64,000 bases of DNA from positions 128,001 through 192,000 of the forward strand of contig CAXXJJ010000004.1 in the NCBI GenBank assembly GCA_963667015.2. The letters are read 5' to 3'. The position numbers and the translations under genes are program-made. Shown in pieces: positions 26,773-34,692 of this stretch. The DNA comes from Desulfatiglandales bacterium (GTDB lineage: Bacteria > Desulfobacterota > DSM-4660 > Desulfatiglandales > HGW-15). Position 1 is the stretch's first letter. Each line of letters opens with the position of its first letter. The notes under the pieces are model-generated. The model saw only the letters and a list, made by a program, of their open reading frames with translations, did not search any database and had not been told where the DNA came from.

Positions 26773-28704
26773 ATGGAGCCAGCCCCTAAGATATTAATTG
26801 TTGATGATGATGCGGTTGTGGCAGCAAGTGTCAAGGCTGTGCTTGACAGAAGAGCGTATGAAATCACGGTTACCAATGATGCCCTTAAAGGAGTTGAATT
26901 CCTTCATCAAAAACAATTCGATCTGGCTATTCTGGATGTTATGATGCCTGTAATGAGTGGTTTTCAGATTATGGAATCTGTAAAGGATTTAAATCTTGAT
27001 ACCATGTTCATTATTATGACCGGTGACACTTCAATGGATTCAGCCATAAAGGCAATAAGGAAAGGGGCCTCGGATTACATCAGGAAGCCTTTTGATGCTG
27101 ATGAACTGATGATAAGAGTGGAAAATGCTATAAGACATAAAAAATCAAAGGATGAGAAGAGATTAATTCAATCAGAAAAAAAACAACTGGAGATGCAACT
27201 ACGTCAATCTCAAAAAATGGAGGCAATAGGTACCCTGGCTGGAGGTATGGCCCATGATTTTAACAATACTCTGGGCATAATAATCGGGAATACTGAACTT
27301 GCAATCAGAACAACCCCGAAGGAGAGCCCGAACAGGCAGTACCTGAATAACATAATCACCGCGAGTTGCCGGGCTGAAGAGATGGTCAGCCGACTATTGA
27401 GTTTTTCCAGGATCACAGATGCAGAGAAAAAACCGATCGATCTTATATCAAGTGTTGATGAATCACTGAAACTACTCAGATCAAGTCTACCTTCAGATAT
27501 AGAAATAAAAAAGTGTTTTCCGGAATCTCAGCTTGTTATCATGGGTGATCCGACCCAACTCAACCAGGTTATGGTTAATATCTGCACAAATGCGGCTCAT
27601 GCAATAAACGGGGAAGGGGGAATACTTGAGATAAATATAGGCACCAGGGAAATCGATTTAAATCCCCTTAGCTCATTTAATGGATTACCACAGGGTCATT
27701 ATGCCGAAATCACAATAAGGGACACCGGGCATGGAATGCCGGAGGATGTTATAAAGCGTGTATTCGATCCCTATTTCACAACAAAGGAGACCGGAAAAGG
27801 AACAGGTATGGGGCTTGCTGTTGTGCATGGTATTGTTAAAAATCATGGCGGCTCTATTAAGGTAGAAAGCAGGGTTAATGAAGGAACTGTATTTACCATT
27901 TATGTTCCCCTTATCGATGCAATTGTAGAAAACAAACCTTCGGTTGATATAGAGTGTCTTCCGGGTGGAAAAGAAAGTATATTGCTTGTTGATGACGAAT
28001 ATATGATCGCTGATACAATGAAGATAATGATGGAGCAGCTTGGGTACAGAGTCAAGGCATTCACTGAAAGCGGTCGTGCTCTTGAGGTATTTGAAAGTAA
28101 TCCCCATGCCTTTGATCTTGTGATCACTGACATGACAATGCCGAGGATGACGGGCGATATTCTTGCCTCAAAGATCCAGGATATAAGGGATGACACGCCT
28201 GTTATAATCTGCACAGGTTTTAATAACAGGATTGATCCTGAAGGATTAAAAAGCAAAGGCATATGTGAAATCCTGACCAAGCCGGTAAGGACTACCATAC
28301 TGGCAAAGGCTATCAAGAATGTTCTGAACGCCAGTAGCAAAGATAGACGAATGGAAGAAAGGTTTGCTACAAATGAGGACATCTTTGTTGTTTCCAGTTC
28401 CAAACCTGAAAAGAAGCACAGCCTTCTGGATATAAGCCGCTCAGGAATGGCCTTTAAGTATTACAGCATAAAAAACCAGATGGTTGAAAATGGCAAATAT
28501 TCTATAATGACCTCAGATAAAAGATTTGTGCTCGAAAATATCCTGTGTAAAACCGTATCAGATACGGTTTTAAACCATTCCAATGATCTTATGGATGTTT
28601 CTGTTCGAAGGCGGGGAATTCAATTCAAGGATCTCACATTAAGTCAGTATGAGTCTTTAGGTTATTTACTGGAAAATTATTCAAGAGAAGCTGTTAACGC
28701 ATAA
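26773..28704 (+). CDS. Hybrid histidine kinase REC-HisKA-HATPase-REC-PilZ
   Basis: Two receiver domains; GMAHDFNN; GTGMGL; C-terminal RRMEER and DISRSG motifs; RBS AAAGGAG before 26773. Confidence 0.9.
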   Translation: MEPAPKILIVDDDAVVAASVKAVLDRRAYEITVTNDALKGVEFLHQKQFDLAILDVMMPVMSGFQIMESVKDLNLDTMFIIMTGDTSMDSAIKAIRKGASDYIRKPFDADELMIRVENAIRHKKSKDEKRLIQSEKKQLEMQLRQSQKMEAIGTLAGGMAHDFNNTLGIIIGNTELAIRTTPKESPNRQYLNNIITASCRAEEMVSRLLSFSRITDAEKKPIDLISSVDESLKLLRSSLPSDIEIKKCFPESQLVIMGDPTQLNQVMVNICTNAAHAINGEGGILEINIGTREIDLNPLSSFNGLPQGHYAEITIRDTGHGMPEDVIKRVFDPYFTTKETGKGTGMGLAVVHGIVKNHGGSIKVESRVNEGTVFTIYVPLIDAIVENKPSVDIECLPGGKESILLVDDEYMIADTMKIMMEQLGYRVKAFTESGRALEVFESNPHAFDLVITDMTMPRMTGDILASKIQDIRDDTPVIICTGFNNRIDPEGLKSKGICEILTKPVRTTILAKAIKNVLNASSKDRRMEERFATNEDIFVVSSSKPEKKHSLLDISRSGMAFKYYSIKNQMVENGKYSIMTSDKRFVLENILCKTVSDTVLNHSNDLMDVSVRRRGIQFKDLTLSQYESLGYLLENYSREAVNA

Positions 28705-28728
28705 GGTTTTTTTAAAGACATAAACAAA

Positions 28729-28758
28729 GGGGGCTGTTTTAAAGCCCCCGTTTATTTT
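28729..28758. terminator. Hairpin terminator between convergent genes
   Basis: GGGGGCT...AGCCCCC with A-rich and T-rich flanks. Confidence 0.6.
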
Positions 28759-28776
28759 CCTGTTAGAGAATTATTA

Positions 28777-29712
28777 TTACTTAACATCCCATTCAAAGTT
28801 CGCATCAGCCGCATATTGTTCAACAGTGCCTGCATCAAGCATTATAGCCATTTCAATAAATGGTTTCTTGACATCATACCATACGAGCGGACCATGGGTT
28901 ACTCCCTTGGGGAGCCAGATACAGTAATTAGTATCAAATTCCAGTTGATCATTCCCTACATCAAATCTCATATGTCCGCCAAGATCAGTCGGATTATCAG
29001 GATCGCTACCGAAGTGAATAACGATTTCATCAAAGTTATAATGGGTCATTCTTGGAAGGGGTGGCTCAACCGGAGCCCAGATAGGTCCGAACTCAATATA
29101 GTTATTGTTGGCCTTGCATTGCCTTGAGCTCATATATGTCATGGTCGGATACATTCTGAACGGTCCCTGGCGTGAGTCGCCGGCTTCTCTCATGGGGCTC
29201 CTTATAACATACTGCTCGTAATCTGTTTCATCGGTTTTTTGGGGGAGACCGTCTTTAGGTTCAAAAATACCGCTTCCGGTAAGAATAGAACTGTTGCCGG
29301 TTCCGAGTATGAACTCCATCATAATATGAGGACGATTCACCTTCAACCAGTTTACCGGACCCAGCCTCATTCCCTTCGGTATAAAAAGACTTGTGGTGTT
29401 GCTGAACTCGGTTCTTTGCCCGCTAATATAACATTCGATAGTGGCCCCCAGGCTCTGGGGGTTTTTATGGTCAGTACCCCAGAATATATAAATTCTGTCG
29501 TAATCAATCGCGTGTTCAAATATGTGTGGTTCAGGTACCGAAGTAATAAAGCTAAGATCAATATGATAGGGTACACCAGGGAACAGTTTATCGTTCAGGT
29601 AGGTCATGATAGGTTCACGTCCCTTTACCTTGGGGAACAGACTCATATCAGGTGTTCTTATTGCATACTTCTCATATTCTGATTGTGTTATTAAATCAGC
29701 CATGGGAAACAT
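28777..29712 (-). CDS. Tandem (bicupin-like) paralog of the 23.2-24.2 kb cupins
   Basis: Internal duplication YEKYAIRTP/YEQYVIRSP; FIPKGMRLGP and WLPKGVTHGPL; RBS AAGGAGG. Confidence 0.8.
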   Translation of the reverse strand: MFPMADLITQSEYEKYAIRTPDMSLFPKVKGREPIMTYLNDKLFPGVPYHIDLSFITSVPEPHIFEHAIDYDRIYIFWGTDHKNPQSLGATIECYISGQRTEFSNTTSLFIPKGMRLGPVNWLKVNRPHIMMEFILGTGNSSILTGSGIFEPKDGLPQKTDETDYEQYVIRSPMREAGDSRQGPFRMYPTMTYMSSRQCKANNNYIEFGPIWAPVEPPLPRMTHYNFDEIVIHFGSDPDNPTDLGGHMRFDVGNDQLEFDTNYCIWLPKGVTHGPLVWYDVKKPFIEMAIMLDAGTVEQYAADANFEWDVK

Positions 29713-29884
29713 CCTCCTTAAAAAATAATTGCTTTAATCTGAAATTATAAAAATGAACATATTCTCAAGGACTATAAGATATGTCAAGGTAATCCATTCA
29801 TTATAATGCCAGTAAAAAGAGATGAAAATACAAAATCTTTTTGGAGTAAACGGCGTTATATCTATTAATGAAAAGCAAATATGC

Positions 29885-30109
29885 TCAGATCAGCTTTGCC
29901 CTTATTAAACCTCTGCCCGATGTTTTTTTATGTTTTTTTAACTTGAATTGAAGGCAGTTCATACCTGAATTTTTTAGAACCGCAATTGAAGGAAGTTCCC
30001 TGCTTTTAAATCCCATGGATCTGCATCCGTAGGGAAAACTCTTTTCCCAGGTTATATAGTAATGTTCACATTTGTTACAGTTGGGTTGGATATCAGGAGA
30101 GTATTTCAT
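29885..30109 (-). CDS. Small Cys-rich hypothetical protein
   Basis: CNKCEHYYITWE..FPYGCRSMGFKS..LPS...SGMNC; the likely start overlaps the end of the upstream gene. Confidence 0.7.
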   Translation of the reverse strand: MKYSPDIQPNCNKCEHYYITWEKSFPYGCRSMGFKSRELPSIAVLKNSGMNCLQFKLKKHKKTSGRGLIRAKLI

Positions 30110-30629
30110 AGTCAGTACCGGATTTTGCCATCTCAATTTCAGTAATAAGACGATAATTTTCATTCTTTATTTTTAAAAGTTCTGCATCCATTTTCCTTAA
30201 TCTCTCCGCAAGAATTTCTGCGAATATCCGGTAAATCACAGCATTAAATGCGTTTTTCTCATTCCCTTTGAGTTTCTCCGCATATGATGTGTCAATGGCC
30301 AGACATACTGTATTGGAAATGGCAACAATCGAGGCTGATCTGGGAGAGTTATCTATAATTCCCATTTCGCCGAAGATATCTCCGCATCTCCTGAGAACAT
30401 TTATTGTTTCGCCTTCCTTTTGTATGCCTACTTCCCCTTTTAGCAGAAAGTATATCCAACTGCTGTATTCACCTTCAGTTATAATGGTTTCATAAGGATC
30501 ATATTTAATAATTTTACTTGATTTTAAAAGACCTTTTATATCGTCATCTCTTATTAACCCGAGCGGTGTTATAGCGCGCAGTTTTTGTATTATCTCATCA
30601 TTTCCCAGGATATTTCCCTGATCGCCCAT
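30093..30629 (-). CDS. Cyclic nucleotide-binding domain protein (no HTH)
   Basis: IITEGE, GEV, GDIFGEMGIIDNSPRSASI phosphate-binding cassette; C-terminal coiled coil; RBS AAGGAG. Confidence 0.88.
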   Translation of the reverse strand: MGDQGNILGNDEIIQKLRAITPLGLIRDDDIKGLLKSSKIIKYDPYETIITEGEYSSWIYFLLKGEVGIQKEGETINVLRRCGDIFGEMGIIDNSPRSASIVAISNTVCLAIDTSYAEKLKGNEKNAFNAVIYRIFAEILAERLRKMDAELLKIKNENYRLITEIEMAKSGTDYEILS

Positions 30630-30656
30630 CTTTATTCTCCTTTTTTGAATTTTTAT

Positions 30657-30671
30657 GCAAAAAACAGGCCT
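30657..30671 (-). promoter_or_regulatory. Sigma-54 promoter candidate for the cNMP-binding gene
   Basis: Minus strand AGGCCTGTTTTTTGC: GG-N10-GC. Confidence 0.6.
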
Positions 30672-30728
30672 TGTATTATTTATAGTAATAAATTTTTCTT
30701 ATCATTTAAATTTTCAGTAATGCTCTTA

Positions 30729-30767
30729 AGCACAATTTTGTGTGCACGGAGCACATAAAACTGTGCA
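30729..30767. promoter_or_regulatory. Tandem palindromic enhancer-like sites
   Basis: AGCACA-ATTTTG-TGTGCA (30729) and AGCACA-TAAAAC-TGTGCA (30750), 21-bp period. Confidence 0.75.
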
Positions 30768-30936
30768 ATATTCGAAATTAATCTCTGTGTGTAGTAATTA
30801 TTGGTCCGATATCGCCACTTATTTAAACAGTTAATTATCAAAAAGAATTCTAAAACTCTTTGAAAATATTAATGAAAAAAACTGTAGCGAATTTAAATTT
30901 CTTACTTCTAAACAAATAATAAAGAATTCCTAAGTT

Positions 30937-30951
30937 TGGCATTAAAATTGT
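30937..30951 (+). promoter_or_regulatory. Sigma-54 promoter candidate for comEA
   Basis: TGGCATTAAAATTGT (-24/-12; the -12 C is T). Confidence 0.6.
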
Positions 30952-31058
30952 ATTAACAGTCAATACTCTTCTTTTTTTATCACTACATAATCTATACCGT
31001 CCAAGGAAAAACATTCCTTTGATGGATTATTATTAACCTTTAAAAAGGAGGATTTATT

Positions 31059-31352
31059 ATGCAGAAATGTAATAAAATTAAAGGTTTAGTTGTTGTGGTA
31101 CTGGTTATTGCCTTCGCTTTTGCAGGCATTGTTCAGGCGGCTGATTCAAAAAAGGTTGACCTTAATAAGGCTACCATTGAAGAACTTGTACAGTTAAAAG
31201 GAATAGGTAAAAAATACGCCGAACGGATAATTGAGTATAGAGAACAGAATGGTAAATTTACGAAGACAGAGGATATAATGAACGTAAAAGGCATTGGCCA
31301 GAAGAAATTCGAGGCAATTAAAGAGTATATTTTCGTAAAGGCTGATAAATAG
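31059..31352 (+). CDS. comEA: ComEA-like helix-hairpin-helix DNA-binding protein
   Basis: Signal peptide; VDLNKAT.EEL..LKGIG.K.A..II.YR...G.F...D...VKGIG; RBS AAGGAGG. Confidence 0.9.
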   Translation: MQKCNKIKGLVVVVLVIAFAFAGIVQAADSKKVDLNKATIEELVQLKGIGKKYAERIIEYREQNGKFTKTEDIMNVKGIGQKKFEAIKEYIFVKADK

Positions 31353-31361
31353 ATCTTTTAT

Positions 31362-31404
31362 AAAATCCATTCCGGAGCATGATTGCCTCCCGGAATGGAT
31401 TTTT
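31362..31404 (+). terminator. Rho-independent terminator after comEA
   Basis: AAAATCCATTCCGG...CCGGAATGGATTTTT. Confidence 0.8.
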
Positions 31405-31539
31405 CCACTCCTCTTATTCTTTCCAGATTTTTTAAAGAAGTGCAGTCAGTCAAAGAGGGTTTTAAACTTGACTCAACCTGTATTATTCTGGTAAAAAATA
31501 TTTTAAATTAACTTTCTTTTACCAAAAAAATACCAAATA

Positions 31540-32889
31540 ATGAAAAATATTGATCATTCATTTATAACTCATTCCAACAAGCAGAGCCTTGAAAAGGAAA
31601 GGAATTTTATTCACCATAATAACCTTTTTGTAGTTATAGATGGTGTGGGCAGGGATTACCTTCGTACAAAAGCTGCCAATCTGGCATACAGTGTCATCAT
31701 GGAAACCTTCTACAGGAATTTAGAAGAAAACAATTCTCCTGGTGATGCAATTTTTACCGCACTAAAAAAGGCAAACAGGGCTATTCTTGAAGAAAGAATC
31801 AAAATCAATGAGAAAATGGCTGCATCAGTATGTATCCTTTATATTGAGGGCAGCATAATGTATTTTTCTCATCTTGGTGATGCCAGAATATATTCCTATC
31901 AGGATAATGAGCTGAATCAGCTTACACGGGATCACACTCTAAGGGAAGAAGATCCTTTTGCCGAAAAACGTTATAATGATCCTCGTGCACTCCAGGCTTT
32001 GATAAAGGGATTAGGAATTCATGAGACGCCTGACATATACATAAAAAAATACCCTCTGGGAAAGAAAGGGATGGTTATCCTCACAACCGAGAGGCTGACC
32101 GAAAGGATTACCAACAGGGATTTTCAATGGCTTTCAAAAAAGATAAGCAACCCTAAAAAGCTGGAGAAAAGCATTATCGATCTTTACAGCAGAAAAGGGG
32201 GAGATGAAAGATTTACCCTTGGTTTGATAAAGTATGGTGTGTTTCCAAAATGGATCAGGAAAGTATTATCAATTTACCTGGTATTCTTCATTATTATTAT
32301 CAGTTTGATCGGCGGGTATTTTATCATGTACAGCGATAATGATATCCCGGTAGAGACTGTAGCCATGAATCAACCGGTTATATTTGAAGAGGATGCAGAC
32401 GGTGTTGCTCCTCAAAAAACTGAACCTTCAGCGCCTGAAAAAAGTGCTGTAATAAGGCAACCGATAATTGTTGATAAAGATATTGCTGTTCCTGTCGAAA
32501 AAACATCTAACTCAGATATCGAATCCGTTGATAATATTTATGATCAGGTATACACCATTTTAGATGAGTGGAAGGAAGCCTGGGAAATGAGTGCCGGAGC
32601 TAATGGTGATATCAAAAAATATATTTCCTTTTATTCAAATGATTTTCGATCCGGCAGGCTTAACAAAAGTGGGTGGGCCTCCGATAAATCAAGAAAAAAT
32701 AAAAGGAAAAAATGGATAAAAGTTGAGATATCCAATATAAAAATATCTGAACCGGACCGGAATAATAATGTAAGGGTAAGGTTTTCCCAGGATTACAAAT
32801 CCTCTAATTTTTCAGTTACTTCAGGTAAATTACTGGTTTTGAAAAAAGAGGATGGTAAATGGCTTATTGTTTCTGAAAAAAGCAGTTAA
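31540..32889 (+). CDS. PP2C-like domain + TM + C-terminal NTF2-like (Csd6 C-terminal-like) domain
   Basis: VVIDGVG, HLGDARIY, QLTRDH; TM IYLVFFIIIISLIGGYF; C-terminal W..AW...YISFYS..F...F.QDY.S.....K...L..E.GKW.I. Confidence 0.8.
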   Translation: MKNIDHSFITHSNKQSLEKERNFIHHNNLFVVIDGVGRDYLRTKAANLAYSVIMETFYRNLEENNSPGDAIFTALKKANRAILEERIKINEKMAASVCILYIEGSIMYFSHLGDARIYSYQDNELNQLTRDHTLREEDPFAEKRYNDPRALQALIKGLGIHETPDIYIKKYPLGKKGMVILTTERLTERITNRDFQWLSKKISNPKKLEKSIIDLYSRKGGDERFTLGLIKYGVFPKWIRKVLSIYLVFFIIIISLIGGYFIMYSDNDIPVETVAMNQPVIFEEDADGVAPQKTEPSAPEKSAVIRQPIIVDKDIAVPVEKTSNSDIESVDNIYDQVYTILDEWKEAWEMSAGANGDIKKYISFYSNDFRSGRLNKSGWASDKSRKNKRKKWIKVEISNIKISEPDRNNNVRVRFSQDYKSSNFSVTSGKLLVLKKEDGKWLIVSEKSS

Positions 32890-33761
32890 GCTCCTACTTT
32901 TTGAAGGTCAAATTCTAATTTATGGGCTTTTATTCCCTGCGCTTTAAACTGCGTAATTAATTCAGTTCTGATATCGTTTTTTAACTCCCAGGCGTCTCCA
33001 GGTGAGTCTGTCCAGGCGGCAACCCAGCATTTAAAACCTCTCTCTTCCATATCCATTATCCAGAATTTGGGTTCTTCATAGTCTGCGAAATATTTACTCT
33101 CTGATGCTGCGGTTACGGCTAAATTTTTTACCAGCTCCAGGTCTGAATCATAGGAAACTGAAAATTCAACATGGGACCACTGGTATGAGTCGTTAATTGT
33201 GCAGTTGATTACCTCTTTGGACAGCATTTTACTGTTGGGGACTATGTATCTCCTCCAGTTCCATATCTTTAAGACTGTATGGGTCATGGTTATATCTTCT
33301 ATTGTTCCATATTTGTCATCAATGAGTACGGTGTCACCAATCCTTGAGAGGTTGGAAAAGGAAAGGACAATACCTGAAATGAGGTTTTCAATAAACGGTC
33401 TTGCAGCAAGACCGACAATAACACCGGAGGCTGCAACTAAAACTGAAACAAACGTTGAAGGTACACCGCTTAAAAAAGGGTAAAGTAGGGCTATCAGCCA
33501 CATAAAAACTATAGAAATAAATGAGACTTTCCTGATAATTGAGAAACGGTTTTCGACGCTCTCCAGTGCTGCCTCTTTTGCATCAGCCTCCGGTGTATCA
33601 GTTGGAGAGCTGGTATCAACCGCATTAAAGCGTTTTATCTTTTTAATCCTTGCCTTTCTTTTTGCCTCAGTCAAAAATATTTTTCTTTTACACCACCATA
33701 TAAACGAAGCGCCTAAAACGCCTACCGCCAGCAGATAAATCAATTGAAGATGTGAATTCAT
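32886..33761 (-). CDS. MscS-family mechanosensitive channel
   Basis: GVIVGLAARPFIENLISG, RIGDTV, VPNS, VSYDSD. Confidence 0.88.
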   Translation of the reverse strand: MNSHLQLIYLLAVGVLGASFIWWCKRKIFLTEAKRKARIKKIKRFNAVDTSSPTDTPEADAKEAALESVENRFSIIRKVSFISIVFMWLIALLYPFLSGVPSTFVSVLVAASGVIVGLAARPFIENLISGIVLSFSNLSRIGDTVLIDDKYGTIEDITMTHTVLKIWNWRRYIVPNSKMLSKEVINCTINDSYQWSHVEFSVSYDSDLELVKNLAVTAASESKYFADYEEPKFWIMDMEERGFKCWVAAWTDSPGDAWELKNDIRTELITQFKAQGIKAHKLEFDLQKVGA

Positions 33762-33909
33762 TATGTTTTCTTAATAATAGATTTGTTATAGATTTTGTAT
33801 AGACCATACCAGTTATTCAGTTGTTATTCAAGTTTGTCTCTGGAATAACATGGGAGCAGGAAAAGGCATAAAAATAAGCGGGTTATAAGGATAGTAATTG
33901 TAGGAATGT

Positions 33910-34692
33910 TTAACAACTAAATGAGGCCGCTATTCTATAGCCGGCAATTGCCAGGGCGTGATGGAGGTTCATGGATTTTTTAAACCCGAACATGGGAATT
34001 TTTATAAGTGTTTTGCAGCAGTTACGCAGCTCATTAGCAATTCCATAAACCTCGTTGCCAATGACAATGATGCAGGGACTTTGAGGTTCCCATGCTTCGA
34101 TATCTATTGCTTGAGGTGAGGTCTCCAGACCTATAACAGGAAGCGCCTCCACGTTGAGCCAGTCGACAAGGTCCTGTTTTAATTCAACAGGTATCCATTT
34201 TTGACATCCTCTGGCTGATTTGCAGAGCTGCGGATGATCAAGTCTCAGCCATTCAGAGTTGTGAACAAGTCTCCTGAATCCGAAATTATCAATCAGGCGC
34301 AGGACCGAGCCTACATTATATGGGCTTCTTACCTGGTCAAGGACTATTGTAACATCCAGTCTGTGCTCCCATTTGACAGTATCTCTATCAGTAGCGGAAT
34401 CATCATTTTTAAAAATATCCTGTGGGTTTCCGCTGAAACTCTTATGGAACAAAAAAAATTCATGCAGAGCTTCTTTGTCAGTGAGGTAATCGGGCGGGGT
34501 ATACCGGTCGAGATCAGTCCAGGAGAGCATCTCCCTATATCTTTTATAAAAACCCGAAAAATCACATGTTTCCAGGGACTTTCGGGCAAGAAAGGCAAGA
34601 TACTCATGCTGTCTTGAGGAAGAGAGTTTAATAAATTTTCTTTTGCCTATTGTCTCAGCATACCTTGCCGGCTTTGAGCTGGTGAGTTTCAA
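33910..34692 (-). CDS. TrmH/SpoU-family RNA methyltransferase with N-terminal extension (start uncertain)
   Basis: VRSPYNVGSVLR, IGNEVYG, IPMFG.K.SMN. Confidence 0.85.
   Translation of the reverse strand: MKLTSSKPARYAETIGKRKFIKLSSSRQHEYLAFLARKSLETCDFSGFYKRYREMLSWTDLDRYTPPDYLTDKEALHEFFLFHKSFSGNPQDIFKNDDSATDRDTVKWEHRLDVTIVLDQVRSPYNVGSVLRLIDNFGFRRLVHNSEWLRLDHPQLCKSARGCQKWIPVELKQDLVDWLNVEALPVIGLETSPQAIDIEAWEPQSPCIIVIGNEVYGIANELRNCCKTLIKIPMFGFKKSMNLHHALAIAGYRIAASFSC

Noticed and set aside
29885..30109. Uracil-DNA glycosylase label sometimes given to such small Cys proteins
   Set aside because: Far too short and lacks UDG motifs.
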